DNA of 64,000 nt from Phoronis australis (lineage: Eukaryota > Animalia > Phoronida): contig NMRA01000314.1 of assembly GCA_002633005.1 (NCBI GenBank), positions 62,001 through 126,000 of the forward strand, written 5' to 3'. Below are positions 12,401 through 24,895 of the stretch, one piece after another. Position 1 is the first letter of the stretch, and the number at the start of each line of letters is the position of its first letter. Below the pieces are notes generated by a model. The model was not told the origin of the DNA, made no database searches, and worked only from the letters and a program-made list of their open reading frames with translations. A program made the position numbers and the translations under genes.

Positions 12401-14066
12401 TATTTGATGGAATTTAAAAAAATAACTACACGTCTTTATCAATTCGGCAATTGGTTGATTTCTAACCGCGTCTCTGCTCAAGACGTTAGGCCACTAATAC
12501 AAAGTAAATAAGCGAACCGACTTAACGTCAGTTATAATAACACTGACACACGCGCTCGCGTGGTCCCAATTACCGAGGTGCAAAGTATCCTTTGGTTTGG
12601 ATAATTTAGTTATTCGTTTGATGAAAGTTGATAACCTACATTTTGTAAAAAGTGTTTTAGCACCGCATGTTGGCGAGGTACTTACATACGCATACACTGC
12701 ACGTTGTCGTCGATTAAATGATTGCATGAATCACTAAGGGCAAACAACGCTGAATACTCCTGAACTGTTTGTTACAATAAGCAAGGATCTATTTTGAGAA
12801 CATTTGTTCTAACATTGATCATCGTTCAATTCGTAAATTTCAAAGGATAATTGAAACATGTTTTGTTGACTTCACCCCTCACTATAAACTGGTACCCCCC
12901 TCCCCCACCTGCTGCAGTCTACCTCATGTTAAAGAGACGGCTGTTCATCACTAAACAACTTGTGCACATTGTGATGCCGAGGGTGGGCTAGCGGGCGGGC
13001 GAGCGGGCGAGCGAGCGGGTCATTGACCACAGCCGGCTACGAACTACCTCAAAGTGATTGACACTCCATCTTCATTACTGGTCGCACGTGCAATTAATTA
13101 GTGAACTCGGCATTGTAGAATGTATGATTAGAAACAGCAATTAGAATGTTTCTTCAAAAAGTTTTGCGTCTGTAAATATAACGATACACGTATCTCTACT
13201 TGACGAGGGATCGGACAGTCACTAATTTCAAGGGAAAAACATAAAACATGCTAACATGATTTCAAACGCTCGACAGATAAATTCAAGCCTATGGTATATT
13301 GATCAAGTCAGTCAACAAGGATCCGAAAACAGTCAATTTCTGGGCGTATCAACATATTTGAAAGACCTATAACTGATGCAAAATACTGTACATATGTACA
13401 CTTTTCTTGCAACGATTTTAGAATCTTTAGAATCATGGAAGCTACTTAAAAGTGAAGTGCAAGCTGATATTTTCCCTTGAAGTGTTGAGGATCAACTTAT
13501 TAACCACTGAACCGACATAACCCTTGCGCGAACCTATATGGTCATTTTCAGGAACCTGGCAGTGGCCAGACAAAGGGAACGCTTCATATTTCTTTATTGC
13601 AGCAAAATACAACTGGTTGGACATAGGGCAGCGGGGACCCCCAGGATTCGCTAGGATCCATGCCTTTACCCACTTAGTATTAAATGTACATGGAACTCAG
13701 ACAGCAACTCTACATAGGTACATGTAAGGTGTAAGCCTCGCGTGGGTGGCCTTTCTCGTGCACTGTTTTGCATTTAAATCGATTTCAATGACCATTTCGA
13801 GACTGGTCGGTGTCACCGACAACAAATCACCGCGCACATTAAACAGCGCACTGCTGCCGACGTTCAGATGTTTGAAATGTAATTTAATTGTGACTCAGTT
13901 GAACAGAATGCGTCTCGGTCCAAGGTTACCATAACTTTTACTATTACCTTTGTCTCTGATTGTTGTGGTACTGCACGTATATCTTTTTATTTGAACATTT
14001 TTAACCAACGAAGCTGTCCTATTCCGAAGTCTTCGTTTTTGACAGCCGCGTCCCGATTTGAATAAT

Positions 14067-14895
14067 TCACCTTGACTTTACATTGTGAAGCTAATACATC
14101 TCAGTAAAATAAGGAACAGAAATTGTCCATCTCCGTGTTGGGTTATCGTTATCCTTGATAACAAAATTCATCACTATTCACATGAAAATGTATATTGAAA
14201 TATGCATTTTAGAAAAATATGCAATTCGCACATTTTAATTGTTTATGTATAGTTAACTAATGATTAAATCCTCCAACTGACAACTCCAATTAATTTTAAT
14301 TAAAAGTGTGCCTGGCCTTCTTACTGAAATCCAGCTCACAATGACCTGGACGAAGGGGCATCGCTTCATAGGGGCATCGCTTCATAGGGGCATCGCTTAA
14401 TAGGGGCATCGCTTCATAAGTTAATGCTTGAGTAGACTACCCTGTTGACAATATGTGTTGCCTACGNTCACCTTGACTTTACATTATGAAGCTAATACAT
14501 CTCAGTAAAATAAGGAACAGAAATTGTCCATCTCCGTGTTGGGTTATCGTTACCCTTGATAACAAAATTCATCACTATTCACATGAAAATGTACAAAACC
14601 TTGTATATTGAAATATGCATTTTAGAAAAATATGCAATTCGCACATTTTAGTTGTTTATGTATAGTTAACTAATGATTAAATCCTCCAACTGACAACTCC
14701 AATTAATTTTAATTAAAAGTGTGCCTGGTCTTCTTACTAAAATCCAGCTCACAATGACCTGGACGAAGGGGCATCGCTTCATAGGGGCATCGCTTCATAG
14801 GGGCATCGCTTCATAGGGGCATCGCTTAATAGGGGCATCGCTTCATAAGTTAATGCTTGAGTAGACTACCCTGTTGACAATATGTGTTGCCTACG
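14067..14895. repeat. About 400-bp tandem duplication joined at a single N (likely assembly/haplotype artefact), each copy with a 16-bp minisatellite
   Basis: 14067-14466 and 14468-14895 are near-identical. They differ by a 12-bp indel, a few SNPs, and 4 vs 5 copies of AGGGGCATCGCTTCAT. Confidence 0.85.
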
Positions 14896-17178
14896 TCTAA
14901 TGAAAGTGTGCAATTTTATGGGCAAATCCACGACTTTGAGTTAGTCAGGATTTTGTTCGTCAGACATTCGCACTCCCGAACTGCCAAACGAAATCAGGGA
15001 GGATTTTAGGAGGGGCATGGCCCCGTTGGCCCCCCTCTAAATCCGCCACTGAATTTGCATTATCAATCAAACACCTAAGCACGATCTCACCCTATAATGA
15101 TCATGTTATTTCATTCCTCAAACTCAAAGAAATTATATTCTCACATAGCCACGTTATTAGCCTTACTAGCGACGAACTATACATGATGTAACCGACTCGT
15201 CAAACTCTGTGTCTGTTCATTTTAATATTTTCTCGCCAATAGCATGTTACTAGTTACTCGGTTTTGTGCTAGACTATGTTCATGAAGGCGAAGTGGTAAC
15301 CGTTCAAATGTGGTTTGCCCATCTCACTGGTTTTTGTTCTAATAAAATTCATTATACAACTGTATGCTTACGGCTCTTCCAAACATTCCTCGCCGGTGTT
15401 GAAAGCGGACGTACTATCAGTAATGAACTCTTGAATCCTGATTTATTGGCAGTCAATGCGGTATTAATTGGCATTCGGCGTCTTTATCAGCACCGCCACG
15501 AACCTGAATAGACAGAAAGAGATGAATACAGCAGCCGAAGCGCTACTAGGTGTGAATCAACATTCAACTATTACCTGTTATACCTGTGAAGCCTTTCTCA
15601 TGTCTAAACACTGATTACAGGGTCGTAATAAGGCGTTTATTCTGATTTATTACACTGCATCCTGTGAGAGGGCGAAGCAATTTAGTAAACGCAGTGATTC
15701 ACAGTAATTAAAGTTCTAAAACCCTTATTCAGACAACCTCAGTATTAGATTCACCTCACAAACAATAAGATTCTGGCAAGTAAGTAGGCGTGTACACGGG
15801 TTGGCGATTTTTTGTGCTTGAATTTCAAAAAACGAAACTAAAATAACAAGACCAAAAATAGATAAATTTTTAATTTGTAATATCTGAATGCGGAGAATCG
15901 TTGTCACGAGGATTCCATGCATTACGTGTATATTTTCTTCGATCATAATAAAGAATTCCCAAAGGAACGATTTAAATGTCCGATAACGTTTTTCCAAGCA
16001 AATTCAACTAAGAACATTACTATTGCCAGTCATAGGTACCTGGACAATCAGAAACGCAAATGCATCTCGTAAACAAGTCACGCTAAATTTGTATATCTCC
16101 GAAAAATTAATGCAACAAGGACAAGGCGTGAAATTTGGAGGTCTATATGAAGTTAGTACGTGTAAAAGTCATTTAGTTTCAACAAAGGTTCGATTTTGTT
16201 TTATCTTTAAAAGTTTAGTTAGTGGGTAATAAAATACTTAAATATCAAGTGAAACATAGTCTGTAATTTGTTGTAAACTGTGCGTCACCTTGTGGAAGAA
16301 CAGTTGATTGAAGACTCACTGAAAAGGAGTAACTGGCCAAGTGATGGCGCTTTAATTCATGGCACTTAAAACCGGTCCACATTACTACTCCAGATTAAAA
16401 ATTAGCGGCAGAAGAACGGTATAACAGTAATGTTGGATACATTCGTAACCTGTGTGCTTCACTAGTCTTGTGTCCGATTTTACCCTCATTGTTCCAAAGT
16501 TGTACATTTACACATTTTTTACCAAGACTAGCATGCTTGTTCTCTAGCAACGAAATCTGCTCCACTCCAAATCAGCTTCTGAATCTTCGTCAAATGATCG
16601 CTCAGTAAACGTTAAACTTGACTCATTCCATCACATGATTTGTCATAGTCCTCATTACGTTATGAGATTACATGGCGTGCTTCAACTGCTTGAGTGGTTA
16701 TTGCGTGGCAGACTCTAAGTAAATTTAATTTTCAAAATAATATATAATGTAATCGTTAAGTTGTGAAATGTTGATACTTGTAAATATTGGTTTCAGTACT
16801 ATAGTAGTTATTGTGGCACACACGAATAGGTTCACCTTTTTGCTTATTAGCCGTAAAGTCTGGTTAAACTTCACCAAAGTCACTTAACGTTCTGTGCCTG
16901 GACGTGGAATTTTCCCCGTGCCCGACGTTTGAGTAAAGGAATTAGTGAATAGACGTAGTGTCTGTTGACTTAAGAGCGACTTCAGTGCTCTTTTATCTTG
17001 GCAAAACGTCTATGCCATTTAGAAAATGTCACATAGTAATTTTTTGGCTTCGCTCAAACCACTTATCTGTTGTCAAACGGACCTGCATGCAGACAAATGA
17101 ATAGCGACCAACGGAGTACACTCCCATAACTAGGCCACTTTTTCCGTCACTGGAAATCCTACGTTTTCTATTTTGCAG

Positions 17179-17450
17179 GTTTTAAAGAGACTGCCTATAT
17201 GTATGCAATATCGTCTGCGGCTCTCGTGCATTCTTTTGCGCGCTCGTGCAGCAGAGGCAAGATCGAGAGATGCACTTGCGACGAGTCCTTCAATTCGAAG
17301 AAAACTCGCGAGACGTGGAAATGGGGTGGGTGTGGCGATAACATCAAATTCGGACAAAGATTTACAAAAAGACTGATGGTCGCTGCTAAGAAAGGAGGCA
17401 AGGACTTGCGAGCGTTCCTAGATCAGCACAACTCCATGTTAGGAATGAGG
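17179..17450 (+). CDS. Wnt9: Wnt9-type ligand, coding exon 3
   Basis: Acceptor ttttctattttgcag| and donor AGG|GTAAGT. Encodes GFKETAYMYAISSAALVHSFARSCSRGKIERCTCD...WKWGGCGDN, canonical Wnt and Wnt9-like. Confidence 0.96.
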
Positions 17451-17958
17451 GTAAGTTGACGTTTGTTTGAGCAGGTGTACATTAGTACCGTCTCTCATGC
17501 TTACTTTGCCGCTTATTTCGGTAAATTCTCTATTTGAGGTACTGTTCGTTTTATTCGACAGATATGCTAGATGGAATAAAATCTAAGCTCCTAAAACCTA
17601 CTCGATGCACTATCGCTCGTCAGTTTGATCTCAAAGCACTTTTGGACAAAAATATTGTCAAGCGCTCTCGGATCTACGTGTATGTTGGACTACAAGACAA
17701 CAAACAGCCTTGGCCTTGAGTCGAGTTTTACAGCTGAACTTCGCTATGAGTAGCTTGTCTAAACTATCCTAATGTGAAAGATTCAAAAAGTACATTTCGT
17801 TGTCCATAAAAGTGAACTTTATGAGGGTTGACATGGAATTAGGCACCTTCTAGGAATACGATCTTTGTAAAAATGAGTGCATGAGGACAGGTCTTCAGAA
17901 AAAAGTGTCTAATATTTGTGACATTGACAATCACCTTGGTTGCTGGTTTTATTTTCAG

Positions 17959-18450
17959 CTGGTCCGCAACGAGGTGTCCAAGACCTGTAAATGTCATGGC
18001 GTGTCTGGATCATGTACCGTCAAGACTTGTTGGCGACAATTGGCACCCTTCACAGACATCGGCCGTGGGCTAAAACACAAATATGAATACGCTGCTAAAG
18101 TAGTCCCTGGTACAAACAGGGCCAAGGGTCGGAGAGGCCTGGGTAGAATAAACTCGGTCAATCAGCTGCAGGTTGATAGCTCTCACGGTATTGTAAAGAA
18201 GTCTCCCCGGAAGTCGGACATGATTTACACGGACACGTCACCAACATTTTGCATGCCGTCGAAGTACTCATCAGGCACTTCCGGTCGTGTGTGCAACAAG
18301 GAGACAAATTGTGCGAGCATGTGTTGCGGACGAGGGTACAACGTCCAGAACAGAATTCTAAAGAAGGACTGTCAGTGTAGGGTAATACGCTGCTGTTATG
18401 TGGAATGTAAAACCTGCCTCGTGCCCGAGGACATTTACATGTGCAAGTAA
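17959..18450 (+). CDS. Wnt9: Wnt9-type ligand, coding exon 4 (terminal)
   Basis: Acceptor ttttattttcag|. Contains the Wnt signature CKCHGVSGSCTVKTCW (palmitoleoylated Ser) and a Cys-rich C-terminus with the short Wnt9-type C-x5-C-x3-CCGRG spacing, ending ...YMCK-TAA. Spliced CDS is 1119 nt (372 aa). Confidence 0.96.
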   Translation: MVRNEVSKTCKCHGVSGSCTVKTCWRQLAPFTDIGRGLKHKYEYAAKVVPGTNRAKGRRGLGRINSVNQLQVDSSHGIVKKSPRKSDMIYTDTSPTFCMPSKYSSGTSGRVCNKETNCASMCCGRGYNVQNRILKKDCQCRVIRCCYVECKTCLVPEDIYMCK

Positions 18451-18879
18451 GATCACTTTGGCTTCAACATGGTGATATGTTAACGAGCACAAATGAAGAA
18501 AAAAATTGACAAGGTTTTTGACTGTAGGTGGGGTAACAGCGTAAACCTTGATTGAGCTGAGTAACGTGGCGTCATAAAATATCTTTTGTGCAGTTTCAAC
18601 TCATTCAAGATTATTTTGGAAATGTTTTTGGCTTACGGTTTCTAAATAGTGCTGTTTTAGACGGTACTGTCTATTAAGTTCTTTGGTATAGCGTGATGAA
18701 TTTTCTCAGAAATCGGGTTAATTTTAAGACCAAAATGTCTTATCCCTGTCCCATAAAAGGTATTAAGGCCATAATAATGACCGAAATCGGTCTAAATTAA
18801 GATAGAACGTTAAGCTGCTACGTAATTCTTGGTCTAAATGACTAAAATATACATCTGCCATCACTGTAATCTGCTGAGG

Positions 18880-18885
18880 AATAAA
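18880..18885 (+). terminator. Candidate polyadenylation signal of Wnt9
   Basis: AATAAA about 430 nt after the stop codon, followed by a T-rich tract. Confidence 0.35.
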
Positions 18886-21792
18886 TGTCGTTGATATTTT
18901 TTTATAAATGTTTTACAATCTAATTTTCAAATTGAAGATCGTCTGCTTTCGATTTAAGAACCGTCTGAAGCATTGTTAGCGACAATGCAATGTGACTTAC
19001 CTGCACATTTGATGTGATATTTTCCAGTCAGACTGGGGTCTTCTCAACAAGATTGATCTGGTACTTAATTTCCCAAATGTCGTAATTAAAGCCCCATTAG
19101 AGTTTCAAGATCACTATTGTGCTTGAAACCAGTTCTCATACATCACTTAGCTTAGTTTTATGAATTCGCAACAGGTTGCGAAAGCTTAGTTAGTACGCTC
19201 CTCTATAGGAAAACTGGCTCAATTGCGGTCCAAGTTACGACTGACCAAAGACCGAATATGGACTTTGTTTTCATGGATTTGTCCTTTCCAAATTTCAGTC
19301 TTCGGTCGTACATGTAACTTAAACAAATATTTGGTCGTGAGCTATAAGTAATGTTTCGTGCAACAGACCCTAGGACTGATCTGGTTCACTCCACGGGCAG
19401 TTTATTGTTTTAGGCAACACGTTCAACCGGTCTTGCACCTGGACTGAGAAAGAGGCCGCGTTTATGTATGTAACCGACATGTTTGAAGGTTTTAAGAAAG
19501 GTTTTTGAGAAAACCTGCAAAAGAGGGCTGAACCGTCTCCAAACTTTACAATTTTGACCATGCAGTTGCGTATCACTCATTTACCAAAAATGATAGAATA
19601 TAATTCAAAAATGCGCGATTCCAAGACCACCCCCAAAACTGTGTGTATTTTGGTGTGGAAATGAAGCCATGTTTCGGAAACAACTCGTCATTAATAATAG
19701 TAGCAAATTGTTTGATCAAACTTATGACCCTATATCACGGAACAGTTCCTGTCATTACATTAATGGAGAAATGAGTTATAATTCCGTGCAATCTAATTGA
19801 TTTTGCCCCTTGTGTTGGAGTCTGAAGCAAAAGAATGTCTCTTCCGTGTCCTTTGGTAAGATTCAAATAGGTACTTCCGGTACTCTCCCTTCTGGGAGTG
19901 AGTTTTCACAGCTTAGGTCGAAGCAGGGAATTATCTAGCGCGTGCGTATACGCGAGCTTCATTGAGAAACTATGTGTGATAGCCCAGATGGTAAATTCTG
20001 AAAAATGAGACATTTTAAAGCAAAATTCAAATTGTGAAAAAGATTAATCATTTCAATTTCACAAAAGTTACGAGTTAAATCCTGGAGACAGGTACTATTT
20101 CATGATATCGCCATTTTGATTTCCTACAAAATGAGGAAATCACCACTGTCTAGTTCAAATTATAGGTTTGTTCACATGGGACCGAGCGGCGCAAGATCGA
20201 CCAGAGGGGCATGAACGAAAGAAGCGGCACTCAAGTAGAATACGCATATGGCAACTCTTACCTGTAACTCAACCATATTGTCATGCACGATAATTATCGT
20301 TGTCAGAGGTGAAAGTAGATCAGACAACATTCGCATTTTGTAGGTTTACTCACAAAAACGCCTCCTAACCTCGTGAAGATCCGAGTGGATAGCTCCAAAA
20401 ATACGCTCTCGCGTGGCAAGTGATTTGCGGGTGCTGGATTCAAAGAAGCTGGTCAGTTTGGTAGCTGTGCCCTTTCACATGAATATCATTTGCTACAATG
20501 CAATTCCAACGTGTAAATTATATACTCATGTTTTCATCTATTTAATAAAGCACTGTTATTACTCATTGGTAGGGTCCAGTGCTTGCACTGCACGAAGTAG
20601 ACCTCTGGGCAGCGTTCATAGACGCAAGATTTTCACGAGTAAATCTATCGTGATCACGTCTGTATCTTGCAAAGTCTTGCGTGACCTTAACCTTTTCACA
20701 AGTTTTTTGGGCATACGCAATAGTGGAGGCCGATGCCAACCCGACATCCGTTCACACAAAAAAATTACGCATGAGTAGATGACCGATGCTTTGATCTGAC
20801 TTTGACAAAACTGCGTGCACCCTCTGTCATTGCGCCACCTACATGTATAGGACCCTGTGAACGGATGATGATCGCCTAGTAGAAGTCAGTGGGTAGGCAC
20901 CAGTGCACAACTGCGCCCTAATTTGGACTTTGTCGTAAACATATAGTACGGGAATTAAACCAATGGATTTCTCCATAGGGAAGATTCGCCGCCACCAAGT
21001 TGATTTCTACAATCCATTTCGGAAGTTTGCGATTTCGGCTTGACCTAATAACATTGCGTGGGACTTGAATGTTCTAAATAGTCGGTTAGTCAGTAAAATA
21101 AGCATAAACGTTGCATGGAGTATGATCTTGTCTTTTCATGTTTAAAAACCCACACTTCCTTTGAGACGTGTTGTCTATGGCAGTTGAGAGTAGGTATTGA
21201 CGGATCTACCCAGATGGAGGACAAGGGAGTAACTAGACCTCAGTCACGCACCTACACGGCATTCTTTAAGATATTGGATAAAGCAATTTTGATTTAGCGA
21301 CAGACAGAAAACTTGATGTTAATCACATGTTGATGGTTTTAAAAAGTCGCCGCTTTCATAAACGAATTTCTTTGAAGATCCAGTTGGCTGGGTGGTCGAC
21401 GAAACAGCTGCTTTTGTTACTAATTGAAAAAGCGAGACTTCCATTACCTCCAGGGAAGTGTTGAGAACGAGCGACACCTGTAGACACCACATATGTTATG
21501 CTCATTTATATCATTAACATCACCGCTATGTCTTGCCTCAGCAGTTGTATCTCTACCGTTAGAGTCAAACTCGCAAAACTTGACACGAACTTTGGCTTAA
21601 AAGAATTCAATTGAGAGCTGGAATCTGGGTTGAGTATCCATACTGCTGCAGGGGCGGATCCACGATTTTGAGTTGAGGGGCAGGGCAGAGTATTAGCCAG
21701 GATTTTACCCCTCATACATTTGCACCCCCGGACTGCCAAATGGAATCTGGGGGCTATGGCTCCCTTGGCCCCTCTCTATCACTGCGCTGTTT

Positions 21793-23958
21793 GGTCTCTA
21801 TATTCCTCTGTCCTTACCTTCCCAACCGATGTTCCCCCATCCCCGTGTTCCCCCCGACATAAGTTCCCGCGTCCCAATGTTCCCTCGATCCTTTGTTCCT
21901 CTTCCCGATGTACCCCGGCCTCCTGTCGGTCAAATGTTTTCCGTCGCGATATTCCCCTGGAGTCAGTTTCTATGTGCTGATTATCTTATCTATTGCCCAC
22001 AGGCGCTCGGATTTCCAGATCACTCATAACCATATATAAGAAACATAAAGGTTGGACGCTTAAAGTTTGCCAAGCCGAGGCTCCCAACTTCAACCGTCCA
22101 AAATCCAAATAAAATATGCGTGCACCTCCCTCAGTCTGGTGTTGCATAAACCTTCGAAGCCTTATCTTTCCTAGATCCCATTAACTGTCTTCGTGAGTGG
22201 TGAATTGGCGATGGAATTTCCAAAACAATCTCAAAACTCTGAATTCAAGGACCCGAAATAGTAAACATGGCGGATTTCAGTTGTGCTTCAACTTGTACGC
22301 CTGTCGTAGGCACAGGCGCTTGGGTTTATCGCAAATGACGTCACAATATAATATATATATATATATAAGAAAACATAAAGGTTGGACACTTAAACTTTGC
22401 CAAGCCGAGGCTCCCAACTTCAACCGTCCAAAATCCAAATAAAATCTGCGTGCACCTCCCTCAGTCTGGTGTTGCATAAACCTTCGAAGCCTTATCTTTC
22501 CTAGATCCCATTAACTGTCTTCGTGAGTGGTGAATTGGCGATGGAATTTCCAAAACAATCTCAAAACTCTGAATTCAAGGACCTGAAATAGTAAACATGG
22601 CGGATTTCAGTTGTGCTTCAACTTGTACGCCTGTCGTAGGTGAAACTTCGAGTTTGAGCAAGCAACCTATATTTCAAATTCAATAATTCTAATCCAAAAC
22701 TCAACTAATTGAGAATGTTAAAGTTAGTATTTTAATGATTATTTGTAACTTTATTCCACTGACGGCTCATTTTAGCCCTTAACTTAGAATTTTATTACAT
22801 AAACTGGCGTATCTTGTTTCTCATCTTGACATCACGCACTTTTTTGATTGAAGCACAACACACACTCGGCCAGGAAACGCAGTCCGTGCAAGTATTACAA
22901 TGCGCGTGGCCGACGAGTTAACTCAATGGTTTTGGCCAAAAGTAAAACCTTCATAAGAAATCACAGTACACAAAAAACTTCGCATATCAATACAGTATCA
23001 GGATAATTTATATTTGACACAAATATGTGAGTAATTACATTTATTTGGCAATAAAGTGCTCTCTGCTTCTCATGATCAAGTAGTCGATGGATTGACGGCG
23101 AAAGCCGCGCGAAATTAGACTTTTGGATTTAGCTCGGGAGCGTCCGTCATGTGCGAAGACCGTCTGCCATGACATCACGGAATCACTTCCTTGAATTTGT
23201 GATTTTGGCATTCTTTTGGCATTTTTGTCGCCAAATCACCACTTGAAGGCAATTTGAAGAGATCGAATGAAAGAAAGTATTCTAAGAGTTGTTCGATGCT
23301 AGTTTCGTGGAATTCCATGCACATTTGAGTAGAAAATTCTGAGCAAACAGATTTCGAGTGTCCAACCTTTATGTTTTCTTATTATGTATTATTGAGTGAC
23401 GTCATTTGCGATCGAGGAACAGATAAACCCAAGCGTCTGTGCTATTGCCAAGTAGTGTTGAAGATCCCGGCTACGAGCTGAAAAGCGCGTGAGGAGCATG
23501 CGTCTGACCGCGGACGAATCGATGGTAGAGAGAGCAAGCTTTAGAGATCAAGAAGTTCAAGTAAAGGGAAAAGACAAGCCAACTTTTTCGGCGAAGTGCC
23601 AGCAGTGTTTGAGGGTTGAAGTTACTGAAAACGTACATGCAACAGCTCGTGGCGGAAGAGGCGTGCAACCTCTCGACACACTTGTAAGACACAAGAACAA
23701 ACATTCGGCAAATATAATACGTTTTTGTCAGGAAGTTAACTGTTTTTTCGTTAACGTCTTGGTACACATGTTTAGGTTCATGCTCTAGGGTGCACCGGTC
23801 CCTTAAGAGCAGAAATTAAAAAATTAACGAGTAGGGAGAACATCGGGACCGGTGATCATAGGACCACCATTGGCACGGCCGGGGAACATCGGCGCGGGAG
23901 AACATCGGCACGGGGAAACGTCGATTGGGGAACATGGAGACGGAGGAATATAGCGACC
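21793..23958. mobile_element. Foldback-type non-autonomous DNA transposon with modular GC-rich inverted arms
   Basis: Left end GGTCTCTATATTCCTCTGTC... matches the reverse complement of the right end (...GACGGAGGAATATAGCGACC). Arms of about 130-170 bp are built of repeated CCGATGTTCCC / GGGAACATCGG units. No clear TSD. Confidence 0.65.
21998..23441. mobile_element. Non-autonomous TIR transposon (P/hAT-like, 8-bp TSD) nested in the foldback element; left end duplicated
   Basis: TSD CTATTGCC at 21990-21997 and 23442-23449. Termini CACAGGCGCT...AGCGTCTGTG. Subterminal inverted match TAAGAAAACATAAAGGTTGGACACT / AGTGTCCAACCTTTATGTTTTCTTA. Direct repeat 21998-22310 vs 22311-22640. Confidence 0.85.
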
Positions 23959-24094
23959 AGGGAGCAAAGGATCGACTCCCTGGTTTGGAACCTGCTTCAA
24001 TAAGTTGACCGTTTTACGCGCGGAGTAATGTCCCAGCAACGGTGTTATCTGCCCTCATTTCTCAACATATTTTGTCACGTTTATGTGTTTGGTA

Positions 24095-24895
24095 CCGTCA
24101 GAGGTCCTAAAGTCGTGAGTGCCCTAAAGTCGTGAACGATCTTATTTCCTGTTCTGCGCGGTCCTGCGACATCTGGCGTTGAAGTTTCCAGCGTCCGTCT
24201 GCTTACGAACGTCAAACGAATACCCGGACGTGTTCGTATTCACAATACGATAGCAAACAATGAGTGAGTGGCTTCTTTTTTCAAATGTATCTTAAAAACA
24301 GCATATTTCACTAATTCACTTTTTTGTGCATTTTTGGGATATATTTTCGAAAATATTTATTGTTCAGATTTACTCAAACACGCGCTCCAGGGGTAGCTTG
24401 AACAATGTATCAAAATGTCCCAGGGTCGATCAAGTTTTTTAAGGCCAAAACAATAAAATACAGAGCGATAATTGATGCTGGGTTCTTAGCGTTTTGCGTG
24501 AACAACCTCATTGAAAACGTCTGTGCACATCAAAGTTGGGTGCAAAACTTATAACAATTTATTCCAATTGAAACTGAATTAATAAACAATGCAATGCATT
24601 TTTATGTCATCTAGAGTAACTGTAAGCACTGTAGTTGACTTGTATGGTCATACTTCGTACATTTCCGTCTAAACGAAACGTTCACGACTTTAGGGCCTCA
24701 TTCAAAATGGCCGGCGATATCAGCGACTGTTTTAAAACTCTGCTTACGGATACAAACAAGGATTAAGATTGTCAAAACACGTATATTTGTGAAGGCTGAT
24801 GACATGACATCACATGAGCAGTTGCAAACGGACATTGTGTAGTATGTCAATCAACTGCTTATTATGCTTATATTCACGACTTTAGGTCACCGGTG
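24095..24895. mobile_element. TA-flanked MITE, Tc1/mariner-pogo-like
   Basis: CCTAAAGTCGTGA twice at the left end and TCACGACTTTAGG at about 24683 and 24874. TA dinucleotide on both flanks. Confidence 0.6.

Noticed and set aside
14353-14848. 16-bp direct repeats as a CRISPR-like array
   Set aside because: No spacers, eukaryotic context; it is a simple minisatellite.
17881-17958. N-terminal part of the 189-aa ORF (MRTGLQKK...)
   Set aside because: Intronic read-through; the real exon starts at the acceptor at 17959. The same applies to the ORF starts at 9183 and 17199.
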